Made by a program: the position numbers and the translations under genes. Source: Candidatus Eiseniibacteriota bacterium (lineage in GTDB: Bacteria > Eisenbacteria > RBG-16-71-46 > CAVPCR01). From it: a stretch of 64,000 nucleotides of DNA. Shown here piece by piece: positions 10,032 to 22,226 of the stretch. The DNA is taken from NCBI GenBank assembly GCA_963702435.1, contig CAVPCR010000001.1, positions 160,001-224,000 of the forward strand, given 5' to 3'. The notes beneath the pieces were generated by a model. The model was not told the DNA's origin. It saw only the letters and a list, made by a program, of their open reading frames with translations, and searched no databases. Each line of letters starts with the position of its first letter. Position 1 is the first letter of the stretch.

Positions 10032-10051
10032 CATGCTGTTGTTAGGCAGTG

Positions 10052-11080
10052 TCATTGCTCGCTCCGGGGTTCTTCAGCTTCCGCGCGGAAACCCAAATCA
10101 TCTCGCTGAACCAGCTCCTCTGCCCGTCGCAGAGTGTGCTCACGTCGTTGGCTCTCACTGAAGGCCGAGCGAGCCAGTGTCAGATACCAGAGGTTCATTC
10201 GCCGGGCGACTACGTTGTGGTCTACCCCGTCACTCTGTGTTTCGTCCCTCCAGACGAGCGTGATCCAAAACACAAGGTCCTTGCCACCGCTCGCCGCCTG
10301 AACCTCGCCAATTGTCTGTTTGAACGATTGGCCTCGTCGATCGACGGTTAGTGAGATCGATGGACCAGTCGAAGTTCCGAGGTCGGCGAAGTTTGTCCAC
10401 TTCAGGGACACCCCCAGCAGTTCCTGTACCGCATCGACACAGTTCTCGACAGTAAGGTCCGGTGCAAAAGGGACTTCGAGCTCGACGGGCGTCCAGTTGT
10501 TCCTGATCTTGAGTACGAGATTTCCCCGGGAGATGAGACTCTCACACTTGCTTACGTACTCGTCAAAGTACCGGGCCTTGCGAAAGGCCTCGACGACCTG
10601 AGCCTCGCTTACGGTTACGCGGAAATCGAAACGGCCCATGACGCGATCGAAGTGCTTCGAGCACAGCGCGTCCCAGTGCTCTGGACCTAAGAACTCTATC
10701 TTGTCGTTCCTGAGGTCAAGGCTGGCACCCTCGGCGAGAATACTCTTGATCGCGCTTCCGGTGTAGTTCGCGTTCGTCGCATACGCGTAGCAATCCCATT
10801 CGATCACTGATCGCATCGCAGCAGCAGCTTTCAAGGACTTGATGCTCTCCGGTGCCGAGAGTGAACCCAGAGCCCCGCGTTCGTCGCTCTTGCACTGGAA
10901 GGCGGTCTTCGTCGGCTGACGTAGGATATCGATACCCCCATCTGGAGCGCACAAACGCTGAAGGCCCGCTAGCCCATGCTCTGCTGAGAGCAGGTCAAAG
11001 CAGAGCGACTCCCACGCGTTGCCGAACGTGGTGTCCGGAGGCTGTACCTTGAGGAACTCGGCTGAGAAGCTGTATCGCAT
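10052..11080 (-). CDS. Putative PD-(D/E)xK restriction-endonuclease-like protein (cassette gene)
   Basis: N-terminal AWESLCFDLL...DGGIDIL...AFQCK motif; bounded by GTTAGGC (11093-11099) and R'' GCCTAAC (10041-10047). Confidence 0.65.
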   Translation of the reverse strand: MRYSFSAEFLKVQPPDTTFGNAWESLCFDLLSAEHGLAGLQRLCAPDGGIDILRQPTKTAFQCKSDERGALGSLSAPESIKSLKAAAAMRSVIEWDCYAYATNANYTGSAIKSILAEGASLDLRNDKIEFLGPEHWDALCSKHFDRVMGRFDFRVTVSEAQVVEAFRKARYFDEYVSKCESLISRGNLVLKIRNNWTPVELEVPFAPDLTVENCVDAVQELLGVSLKWTNFADLGTSTGPSISLTVDRRGQSFKQTIGEVQAASGGKDLVFWITLVWRDETQSDGVDHNVVARRMNLWYLTLARSAFSESQRREHTLRRAEELVQRDDLGFRAEAEEPRSEQ

Positions 11081-11092
11081 CGGTTCCTTGCT

Positions 11093-11194
11093 GCCTAACG
11101 CTCGCCTTCAGCCGCCGCCGAGGCGCGGAGCGCCGAGGGAACCGCAAGCGCGCGAAGCCCGCTTGCGGCGGTCGGCTGCAAGGCGTGGTTGGGC
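11093..11194 (-). other. attC site (canonical)
   Basis: GCCCAAC CACGCC TTGCAGCC...GGCTGAA GGCGAGC GTTAGGC. Confidence 0.92.
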
Positions 11195-11880
11195 GTCAAA
11201 TCTCGAAGGATTGTCCACATTCCGAATTCGGCCAAATCTTGTCATTCACCATGCAACACTTGCCGCCTGAGAGCCGCCCTTCGACGCGCCAAAGAGTGAC
11301 GAGGCAGCCCAAGTGCCTTCAGGACGAAGCAGACTGCCGACTCCACTAGGCACAGCGATCATGCGCCGTGGCGTGGAGAGCTGAGTTCCCAACCACCGAC
11401 CATCGTGCACGCACCGGTCGAAGTGAAGACCACCTGCGCGGACAAGCTACTGGACGTGGCTGGCGGAGAGCAGCGCGGCCCGCCGCGGCGAGCCGGTCGA
11501 TCTGTGCCTTCAGGTTCTGCAGCGCGCCGTAACCTATCGCGACGCGCACAGCGAGCTTTCCATTCACGGACTCGGGGAGCTTCCCGCCGGAGCGCGCGAC
11601 GCGCGGAAAGCTTAGGATAATCAATTCCCCGCCGCAACGGCATTCTGGTGCCGGAAGTCGCCCAAGCGGTGCATATGAGTCTAATGACGGCAATTCTATT
11701 CGCCTGATCACGGTAACCTGCGTCGTAGGCGGCGCATGAGCGAGCCAGAAACCCTAGCTACTCTCTCAGATCCTTCGAGAGCTGTACTTTTCGGCCTTGA
11801 CACTACCTCGGCCTGTTGCGGTGGGACATAGAGAATCCAGTGACGTCTAACGTGTCGCGGATGCAGCACGCACCACGGAT

Positions 11881-14800
11881 TTAGGACGAGGCGCACCGAC
11901 AGCAGAGGCGCAGGGACGGTCGGCTAGGTAGACTCGACCAGTTGTGGAATGCGCTCTTACTGCGCCGATGGCGGTTCGTCGTCCGGAACTCCTCCACCAG
12001 AGAGTCCACCGCCAATAGCACCCCAGAACAAAGCAGGTATTCTGTCGATCTGCTGGATACGATTGGCAGCTTCCTCGCGGCCCCCATTCCCTTCAGGAAC
12101 CGTTGCGGATCATGCAGGTGATGGCGCATCGGTGTAACCCAGTTTCCGAGGAAGGGCGACTTTACACGCTTCAGCCACTGCGGGAGAGAACGCTTCGGAA
12201 TCCAGTGAGAGAACTCCAAGCCTTCAGCGCGCGCAGCGGCTGCGGTCGCTCTCGCCGATCTCCCAAGGAGACCGACGCCCGATGGAAGCGCGGCACGAGC
12301 GCCACCAACCCCTCCCAGCGCGAAGCCCGCTACGGCTCCTCCTGCCGTATAAGCGCCTGACTCTATGTCCACGTCTCCGGTCATGCCTGCCGCGATACGC
12401 ACTGCTTCTGTGACGCTTCCGGGGAGAATGCCCGCTGCTTCGAGGACCGGCTTCCAAGCGCCCAACAGCAGGTTCTCAAAGTCGGTGCTCGTCAGCGTAT
12501 CCGCGACTCCCCATGCAAACGCCGATGCGGTGCTCCTCGACCTCTGGTCGGGCTTGCGCTCCTGGTCAGACGGTCGCTCTGACTTCCGCACTCGGTAGAA
12601 ATACTCGTCCTCAAGCTCGGCCCACATTGCCGCCGTAACTCCTGTGGCATCTGATTGGAGAGGAGTGCCCGAAATGAATTCTCTCGGTTCTGTGCCGAGT
12701 GGATCTACGAAACGCAGTGGGTTGTCCCAAGCGTACTCATACGCATTGAACCCGCCGCACACCTCCGTCCGATCACGCTGCAAGAAGCGACCAACTTCAG
12801 GCGCAAACTCACGCGCGCGCAAGTCGTACATGTCGATCTCGCGATCAAATCGACGTCCAGCAAAGCAGACACGGTTGAACGGCACGGAATCCGCAACGAA
12901 ACCTCCAAATGCGTCGTAGCGATGCCCTCCTGTAGTCGCGCCTGCTGCGTTGCTAAGCACTCGTGTTGAACCCAGCACGTCCTTGTGAAGCCAGTAATCG
13001 TTTCCTGCCCGCGAGAGCTGGCATATCGGCATCGGTTCTCACTTCGTGGACGTACTGAGCACCTAGCGCGCCATCCTCGTATTCCTCCAAGACATTGAGC
13101 CCATCCGAGACGAGGTGTACTACGTGTCCTCCCCGTACCTCGGCGATGCGCCTTCCCAAGCAGTCGTGGAAGTAGCGAGCGACACCCGCGCCGGTCGCAC
13201 TGTCAACAACGCGAACAAGCAGATCTCGTGAGTCGTAGATGTACTGTCGCGCCCCGTCCGAGACCAGATTGCCATTCCGGTCATAGGAAAGGGCCACGGA
13301 ACCCACACGCTGGTATTCGTTCAGCGCATTGGAAACGTAGTTCACGGCTGGCAACGCTGGCCGCTGCTCACGGATCCGATTGGCCGCTGAGTCGTAGGCA
13401 AAGGTGGCATTTGCGGCATCCTGCGCCAGAGACCCCAGCCGTGCGTTGATCATCGTCTGCCGAGGTGGGATGGGGTCTATCGGCCGACCTGTCGCGGGCG
13501 CAAAGGGCGCCGGATTGAAGGTGGCGATACCATCCGGCTTGATGCGTGTTAGCCGATAAATAGAGTCATACTCGAACCGTTCGCCACTGGCGCCCGTGGC
13601 CCCGATGTCATTTCGAAAGCGCATGTTGCCGACACCATCGTACAGGTGCTGCAGCGAAAGAATCGGCAGCCCGACCGCGTCGCGGTGCTCGATCTGAATG
13701 GCTCGGCCGGCGGCGTCGTACTGGTACCCGGTGTTGAATCCGTTGCCGCAATGGAGAACCCCGGTTCTCAGCCCACGGTAGTCGATCCGAAGTACATCGC
13801 GCGGGTCAGAGTGTAAGGTAGACCCAGGGTATGCACTGCCCTTCGCGATGTTGACGATCTTCACAACGCGATTCACGCCGTCGCGGTCATATCGGATGAC
13901 TCGGCCATCTGGATAAGTAAGGTATCGGATTGCCCCAAGCTCGTCGTGCGCTCGCGTGATTGTGCGCACCGGGGACGCTGGTGCTGGCGATGTCACCTCG
14001 ATCGACTCCCAGAACATGCGCCCCAGAGAATCCACCTTCCTGGCTACGGTCGCGAAGTCATTAACCTCGGACAACGCCCGACCCAAGGCGTCGTAGGTGC
14101 AACGTTCGAAGTTCTCTCCCTCGATCACGATGCCGGCTGGGACGCCCGAGCGGTCCACATCAACGCGAAATCGACGGCCAAGGGCATCGAACTTGGCACG
14201 GCGAATGGCGCCGTTGTTGTCCTTGACAAGGACGATGTTGTCGTCCTCGTCGTAGTCAGTCTGATACTCCGTCGTATCCGGGTAGACGACGGCTCTCCGC
14301 CGATCAAGCGCGTCAAATCGCTGCTCGATGCGATTCCCGTTGCCGTCGATATGACCGGTCACGTTTCCGTTTCCGTCGTACTCGAATAGCGTCTTGATCG
14401 TGCCTGCTGCCGAACCATTCCCTAACCCTGTGGCTGTGAGGTCGCGGAGCTCACTCACCTTGCGGTTGTGCACGTCATACTCGTAGCGGACCACATTGCC
14501 GAGGGGATCGGTCGTTCGAACAAGGTTGTTTCTGCTGTCGTACGCGTGCCGAGTGACGTTCCCAAGGCTGTCCGTCACGATGATCAGACGGTCGAGTTCA
14601 TCGTATTGATAGGCAGTGGGAAATACTTCCGTTCCGGTTACTTGACCCGAGGCCGGATCAATCAGCGTCTCAATGAGGTCGCGCCGCGTGGCGTTGCCGT
14701 GCGCGTCGTACTGGGTTTCGGTGCGGTTGCCCAAGTGGTCCCACTCTGCCCACTTTCGATCGAGGGCGTCGAATCGCGCGTGGGTACTCTGACCCTTTGC

Positions 14801-17662
14801 GTTGACGGTTCGGATCAGCCGTCCCTTGGCGTCGTAGTAGTACTCCGTCTCGATCAGCGTGCCAGGGCCCGGTGAAGCAAGGTACGCCGTTCGGATGTTT
14901 CCGACGGCAATGGGCAGTCGAAAAAGGTTGTGTCCTTCACGAGCGAGACGATTCAACTCGTCATAGGTGTACTCGCCGCGTGAAAGCAACGAGTAGCTGC
15001 CACCAGCGCCTCGCTCGAAAAAGCGCTCCGCTGTGATGTTTCCCGCCTTGTCATGCGTAAGATATGTCCTGTTACCAAGCGCATCCTCGATCACTTCGAT
15101 TCGACCGAGTGCGTCATATCGGAAGGTGGTTGGGAAGTCACGGCCACTAATCGCGCGGCTGCGTCGACCATCGCCGTCAAACTCTGCTCGCGATGTGGAG
15201 GCGTCCGGGGATCCCGAGCCCCGAACGATCGTCCGCTCCAACAAACGGTCATCGTAACGACGCCTCACGACGCCGCCCGCCGGAGTGAATGTGGCCGTCA
15301 GAGTGGCCGCCGCGTCGTACCGATGCCGGGTGACGTGGTGAGAAGACAGATCGATACCGCCGAGGCTGTGCCGTATCACCTGTTTCTGCTCCTCGTAGCA
15401 GAATGTCTGGACTTCCTTTCCGCCAAGAACGGGGCGGCCTGTTTCATCGAGGATGTCTCGCTCCATGCGTACGACCAAGCCACTGGGGTCGTAGAGGGAC
15501 TCGGTGACGTAGTCGAATGGGGGAGACGCGTGGGTGCGCACGATCTGGTTGCGCTCGTTGACCTCGAAGCGATTAACGAAGCGGCCGCATGCCGCTCCGA
15601 CCGACCGTGGGTGGTGGATAGCCGTCACGACCCCCACGTCGTTAACTTCGAACTCGGTCGTGACGGCTAAGCCGCCGGGATCAATGGTCTGCTTCTTGAC
15701 GTACCCTTCCTTGATGCCGTCGGAGGCGCCGAAATATATCGTCTCCGTCACCACGCCCGCGCGGTCGAGCTGGCGCTGCAGTCGGCCCCACGGGTCGTAC
15801 TGGGTGAACTGTTCGGCCGCGCCCGGCTGGACCGTTCCATCCGCCTGCGTTGTAGCCGGGTACCGAATGCGAGCGAGAAAGCGATGGGGATCTCCGCTTG
15901 GCCCGGAATATTCGTGTTGCGTCAGCGTCGCGAAATAGGATGCTCGTTCAAGGTGCCCTGGGTCGGCGCTCTCTGTAAAGCGAGGATCAGACGCGGCCAA
16001 GATCTGCTGGTAATGCGGCTCATAGGTGTACTTCGTCACCACGTCTTCGGGATCAGTCGCAAGAACGTCCGGGAAGAAGTCCCCCCACACACCCCGACTC
16101 AAGTTCATAGTCTCTAACGTGTAGCGCTTGCCTCGGCGGACCATGGCGAGCAGATTGTCAAATCCCAAGCGCTCTTGGGCGGTGAGGGCGGAATGCTGCG
16201 ATACCTCGTCGTCGCTGATGCCATGCCCGAGCAAGTAGTGATCGCGACCGTAGTAGTACTGGGTCACGCTGCCTTCCGGCGAGAGCATGCCGATCAGCGC
16301 ACCGTCGCTGTTGTAGCGATAGCGCCACTGGCGGAGACGGCGTTTGCCACCTTCAAGGACGTACTCCTCTTTCAGAATGAGGTTGCCGCATTCGTTATAG
16401 ATGTAGTGGATAGGATGACCGTTGCGCTCGACGAAGTTCACCTGCCGCCAAGGGGCCTCTGCATCAGCGTACGAGTATCCAAACTCATTCACCACCTGCT
16501 CGTACTCAAAGGAAGATTCCCCCTGACCCAGTCGCTGTCGCACGACCTTGTTGTAGTTCACAAGTCCTTCGTCGGCCCCGTACTCGTTCTCCACGTAGAC
16601 GCGACCGGCGGGATCGATGATGCGCAGAAGGTTATGTTGCAGATTCCCGGCGAAGGCGCCGGACGTGTACTCGTAGTAGACGGTCGATCCGGCCGGGTAC
16701 TGGGCCGTCGCAGGAAGGGTAAAGGCGACGAGGTCGCTTAGGTCGTCATAGGCGTAGTGCCAGGAGCGTCCGGTGTAATCTCGGATCCGCTCGATCCGGC
16801 CCTGTGGGTCGTAGTCGAAGGTGACGACGCGGTTCGGGTGGTTGACGAGGACACGAGCCAAGCGTCCGGGGACATTCGGGTCGTAAGCCAGGGCAAGATG
16901 GTTTCCAAAGCGGTCTTCGATGCGCTCGGCCAGGTGGACAGTCGGATTGGACGGATCAGGTACGTAGTGGCACCGGATTCCCTCAGCCGACCGCCAGACA
17001 AAAGAGACACCAAGCGAAGTATTGCGCTCTACTATGACGCCTTTGACACCGGCCGGCGACACCCAGTAATCAAACCCTGCCTGCCCAAACTTCGGATGCC
17101 GAGTGTAGACGTCCTCCCGTAGAGCGCCGGAGGAGCGGACTACGTTGGTGCCAACTTGACGGATCCAGAGGTTGTAGCTGTGATCCCACGTGGCTCCAAG
17201 CGGTCCCCAATATTTTGCCTGGTGCTTGTAGACGCGGCGAAACACGAAGTCCATGCCTGCACCGTCGACCGAGATATCTTCGATCTCGTGCACAAACTGA
17301 CCGCTGAACATGTCCACCGGATCCGCCGCTTGATGCCGCTGCCGCTGCGGAGGCTCAACGGACACCACGGCCTTCTGCTTGGTGAGACCCAGGAGATACG
17401 CGTCGGCTGTGCTCGCGATTCTCGCCTCGCCCTGGAATCCAAAGTCCGCCAGGAACTCGGCAACGATCCCGTCTCGGAACGAAGGGTCCTGAAGCTCTGC
17501 TTCGCTAAATGCTATTTCCCCGAGCAGTGCGTTCAGATACTCGCTCACGAGACGGAGCGTCTCGTCCGACACCCCTTCGTCAACATAGTTGCCGAGCAGA
17601 TCAGCGTGTCGTTCTGCGAGCGCTGGGTCTTGATCCTGCCAATGTTCTGTGGCATCCGGCAC
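11881..17662 (-). CDS. Rhs/YD-repeat protein with DUF6531-like N-terminus and C-terminal toxin domain; frameshift near 13030
   Basis: ADPVDMFSGQF, many YD repeats, core end ARE..PEVGRFLQRD...N.YEYAWDNPLRFVDPLG; split over ORFs 12953..17662 and 11881..13032. True 3' end uncertain. Confidence 0.9.
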
Positions 17663-17703
17663 AGCGCATCCCTCCGCTGTTCAAGGTGACCCCATTGCTG
17701 CCA

Positions 17704-20081
17704 CTACTTGCCTTTGTCCGTTGGCCGAGACTCCTCGCGCTTCACCACAGCTGAATCCCGTGCCCGATCCCACTTTGGTCCAATCGCGGCCGGCTTCAGC
17801 CCGAGCATCAGGCGGCGCGCATCCGCGGCTGCTCGTGCCGACAACCCCGTTTTCCTCATCAACGATTTGAGATCGAGCTTAAGAGCCTCATCGAGCGTGC
17901 AGTTCTCGCCCAATGCTTGCGCAACAGACGCCGGCAAACCCTCGACGGCCTCGAGCTTACGCTCAAGAATGTCCCGGGGCAGCAGGGCTTTGATGCGATT
18001 CTTGAAGTAGTCAGTATCCAGAAAGCCCATCTCGCCATAGGTGTGCCGACTGGGTCGGCGCCAACTGGTCACCATTTCTGCTTGGATACTGCGGAGCAAC
18101 TCTCTCAGCGCCGGTGTACGGGGAGCAGCTGCAAGCTCCCGGCCTAACAGCGCAGCGCTTATCTGAATCGTCGATTCTTGGACTACGCTGTCCCATTTCG
18201 AAGCATCCTTCCCTGGATTCGCGATGGATAAGACCCGCGGGCATTCCTTTTCCCATTGAACGCAAGCACAGAGGCCTCGAGCAGTGAGGAAAAAGGGTGT
18301 TGGAAGAACTGCGCTCGAAGGCAGTGGTTCTGCTCGACGCAGGAGCACGCGATAGTCCCGTTCAAATCTCGCGTCATGCTTAGTGGGGGCGTTCGATGAG
18401 TGAAACTCGCCCTGCACTTGGACCGTACTGTCGTCTATTGCTTGGTAGTTGTACGAGCCGGGTCTAAGACTATCCTTCGCCTGACGGTTGGAATGATCAG
18501 TGCCTTCCAGAATCCCTGGGTGGCCCGAATCGCCCTTGAAAGGTCTTTTGTCGATGACCCAGCCTTCCTGTATCCTGTGCGTCGAACTTGGATCGTTCTC
18601 GATTTTTGCTTTGGTGTCGGCGAATGCGTTGTAACTGCCACTCTTGCAGGCCGTGACAACGAAGTCCTCATGACTCTCCTCATATTCTGGTTGTGGCTCT
18701 GGCGGTCTATAACTCGATGGGAAGTGACCCGTTTCGAGAAGAGCTTCTATGCACATGCCGTCGATGTTCTTAGCGTGCGAGACTATTAAGAAGAAATCTT
18801 GGACGCCCTCTATGTATCGGAGCCCCTGAACTAAAGTCCTGCGTTCGGTTGGCTGCAGGATGTGGGGTCGCGGGAGCATCAAAAAGACGGCGCGATTCGT
18901 ACCCGGATGGTAGCCAGTCAGAAGGTTGTACATTCGATTTATGTTTGTTGTCGTGCCATGGCTCTCGCGGCGCTCTCGCGAGGCGTCCGTTTGGGTCGTT
19001 CGTGTGTCCTGATCTGTTTCCCCCCATGTGCGCGTGAGGCCGGCTTTGCCCTTAACCGAGACCACCCCAATCGATCCGCCGACCTCGGCTCCCAAGGACA
19101 GCCCGGTTTCTGTTGATTCCGTGTGAGAGAGGGTTTTATCTGTTTTGATTCCGGACACAGAGGCCGTCAGTATTTCACCGGTCTCGGTAGCTGCTTGATA
19201 CAGGTCTCGTACCTTTGGCTCGAAGTCGACAATCCGTGGGAGATCCTCGATCGCGGTTTTTTGGGCCGCTCGACACGATGGAACAGATCAATGCCTAGAA
19301 GGTAGGCTTTGTTCTCCGGCGCCTCAAATATGACTCGATCTATTCCCCCATCGTGTGAGATGGCCAGGTGGCGAGCCTGACCTGGAGTTGTCCCATCGAT
19401 GATGTCTTGACCCACGAATGCTTGGCCCTTGAATGCCTTCATCACGAGTGGCTTCGAGCTGTAATGGACAGCGTGTGCACGCACTTCATCGGACAAGGGA
19501 AAGCAGATCTCCATCTCGTTGAAGAGATCGAGCTCTGCTCGCCCGTCTCCCCCAGGCGGATGCTGATCAACAGTGCGGTTTAGCGGCCGCCCTGTTGCCT
19601 TGAAGGTTACCTCGTCTTGGTGGAGAGGGTTGGGCAGATCGCAGAGTTTGTAGATATCGCGCGCGAAGGAAATGCTCTTATACTGTTCTAGCGTTTGCTC
19701 GTACTCTTGCTTCGGAAAGACGGCGACATTCAAGAGCACGCCATAGCAGGCGAAGTATTCACCAAGCACTCTTTCAACCTGTTCGGTCGGAATATCCGGA
19801 AACTCCGCCTTGCCTCTATATATCTCGTTGGCAAGGCGAGTTTCTTCTTCGGAAGGCTGGTAGCCGGTTATCGAGCAGCTAATCTTGAGATACGTAATCC
19901 GATCTCCGCACATCTCCTCCGGTAGATCTTCGAGTTTCGGCTGGTATGCAGAGATCGAGAGGGAAGATCTCCATGCGAAGGGGAACTTCTTATTGCAGTA
20001 ACGCGTATCGAGCATGTCCGGGCTCGCCGCAATAAGCTTCCACGGAATGTTGATAGGGAGATTCATCGTTTGCGAAGACAT
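17704..20081 (-). CDS. Large hypothetical protein upstream of Rhs (ORFs 19167..20081 and 17704..19158, probably one gene frameshifted at an A-run near 19260)
   Basis: An alternate frame reads EDLPRIVDFEPKVRDLYQAATETGEILTAS straight into the second ORF; Ser/Thr-rich alternating segment. Confidence 0.65.
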
Positions 20082-20205
20082 AGCGCTTGCCCCCTTTCCC
20101 CGCCCTTGAGCGGCCTTGAAAACCCGTCGTTGTCGATCAATCCGTTCACCCCAATCGGGAACGCCCGGTATTGGGATCCGGACGCTTTGCGACCGACAGA
20201 ATGAT

Positions 20206-20219
20206 TGGTCATATGACCA
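20206..20219. promoter_or_regulatory. Perfect 14-bp palindrome TGGTCATATGACCA, candidate operator
   Basis: Lies about 125 bp upstream of the 20081 start, in an AT-richer patch. Confidence 0.35.
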
Positions 20220-20620
20220 TAATGGGCGGATTCGTCAGCAGCAGTCACTCCCCGTTTACCACCGGGCACCTTTCTCGTAGGGCCTCTGCGCCGTGCCTCG
20301 ATGTCGAGCAAACGCGGCTCTAAACCGCCGGCGCCTCCCGCCTTCTGCCCCGTTACTGCCTTCGAGTGACCGATGCTTTATCCGCAACGCGGCCGCGAAC
20401 TCGGCGCGAGGTATGCTGGGCGTCCGACTCGCGCGCCGGTCGCCGGCGAACGACGGCCTGCGCGGTGACTACGGCCCCGGTGGGCATGGACGCGCAGTTC
20501 ATGCTTCACCGATGGAGACGCACGCAAACATGAGTCCTTGGACATGAATCACACGCCCGACAGAGGACAGTCGCAAGCGCCTTCTTCGGGTCCGACAGCG
20601 TCCTTTCGTCCCTTGTTGAC

Positions 20621-20721
20621 GCCCAACGAGGGCCTCAGCTGCGGCGGGCGGCCGCGCACGGCGCTCCTTCGCTACCCTCACCTTCGCGCCGGCCGCCGCC
20701 AGCTGCAGGCCCAGGTTCTGC
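20621..20721 (-). other. attC site
   Basis: R'' GCAGAAC (20715-20721), R' GTTGGGC (20621-20627); internal part identical to the 487-587 site. Confidence 0.85.
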
Positions 20722-20924
20722 GGCCGCCTCGATGGTGCCCCATGGCGGCGGTGCCGGCCCTCTTCAGCTCGGCGGTTCGGTCCCGACTCGTCAGCTTCTT
20801 CCTACCCCCTCACCACCGGGGGCCGGCGCCGCGCCGCGCGGAGTCCGCACAACACGACCATTCCCCTCTTCGCCCGATCTTCCTTCTCCCTACACGTCCT
20901 CGGCGCTCCATCGGACCACAGAAC
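20621..20924 (-). repeat. ORF-less gene cassette, subtype B (copy 2)
   Basis: Near-identical to 487-790. Confidence 0.8.
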
Positions 20925-20935
20925 GCTCCGCGTAA

Positions 20936-22226
20936 GGATGCGCGAGATAATAACTGACACATTGACTATGTCTTGCGTGGTCGGATGGAGTAGTTCCAGT
21001 CGCCGTGGAAGGAGTCCGGCATGAGGCGGATCGTCGCCATCTGCTCGTCGGTGATCTTGATCTCTCGGGGTAGTGCCGCGTGTCGAGGATGCAGTCGACC
21101 TTCAGGCCGGTGGACGTGCGCGTGTTGGCGATGAGCTTGACGATCGTCGCGTGGGTCAGCAGCGGGCGCCCGCGCCAGTTCTGGCTGATGAAGGAGAACA
21201 GCCGATGCTCGATCTTGTTCCACTTGCTGGTTCCCGGGGGAAGGTGGGACACGTGGATCGTCAGCCGCGTGGCGTCGGCCAATCGCTGCAGTTCCCACTT
21301 CCACAGCCGGACGCGAGTGCCGTTGCTGCCGCCGCTGTCGGCGGTGATCAGCAGCGACTTGGCCCGCGGGTAAGCCTTGGCTCCCATCTTCTTCCACCAG
21401 CGGCGGATGGTGTCCACCGCGAAGGCGGCCGTGTCGTGGTCGATGCCCACCGTCACCCAGCCCCGGTTCAGGCCAGGTCGTAGACGCCGTACGGGATGGC
21501 CTTGCCCTTCGTGGGATCGATGAAGTCATGGACCCGAACCGGCTCCGGGTTGCCCCGGGGACGCCATTCCCGCCCGGCGTTCTTGAAGTCTCCGACCAGT
21601 TCCTTCTTCTTGGTGTCGACCGAGATCGCCGGCTGCCGCGCGCCGGAGCTGCCGCATCCACCCGGGCGTTGATATGCCGGAACTGCGCATCGCGATCCGG
21701 ATGCCGGGCGCCCTCCTTCGTCTTGCGATTGCCTGCAGGCTGTATCCGAGATCGTGCAGCAGCTGCCGCACCAGCCAATCACTGGCCGGGTGGCCCTGCC
21801 GCCGCCAACTCCCCGGCCAGCAACCGCGTGCTCTTGCAGGTCCACCGCAACGGCGATTCCGGATCGCCCCGGCTCACCGGATCGACCAGTTGCTCCAGGG
21901 CCGCGCTCAAGCTCGGATCGATCGCCGTCGCCTGCTTGCGCCCGCCCGCCGCGTCGGCGAACACGCCCCTGCATCGACCGCGGCTCCGCCCGAGTCTCCT
22001 TCATGCCCCGCACGAATCGTGCTGCGCGAGATGCCGGTCGCCCGCGCCACCAGGGAGACCCCGCCATAGCCCAGCGCCTGCGCCTCCGCCGCTGCCCAGA
22101 GCCGACGCGAGCGCTCGTTCAACGAATGCTTGAGCATCCGATACTTCTGGCGGATCACCTCAAGCTGCGTCACACCTCAAGTATCGCACAGCTCCTCCAT
22201 TGTGTCACTTATTATCTCGCGGCTCC
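20936..22226 (-). mobile_element. ISAzo13-family IS (frameshifted transposase ~20966-22173) inserted in an attC L' box
   Basis: IRs GGATGCGCGAGATAATAACTGACAC / GGAGCCGCGAGATAATAAGTGACAC; TAA duplication (20933-20935, 22227-22229); motifs ISVDTKKKELVG, LLITADSGGSNG, PPGTSKWNKIEHRLFS. Confidence 0.9.

Noticed and set aside
11346..11711. Rhs immunity gene
   Set aside because: Position fits, but there is no clear RBS or family motif and composition is unconvincing.
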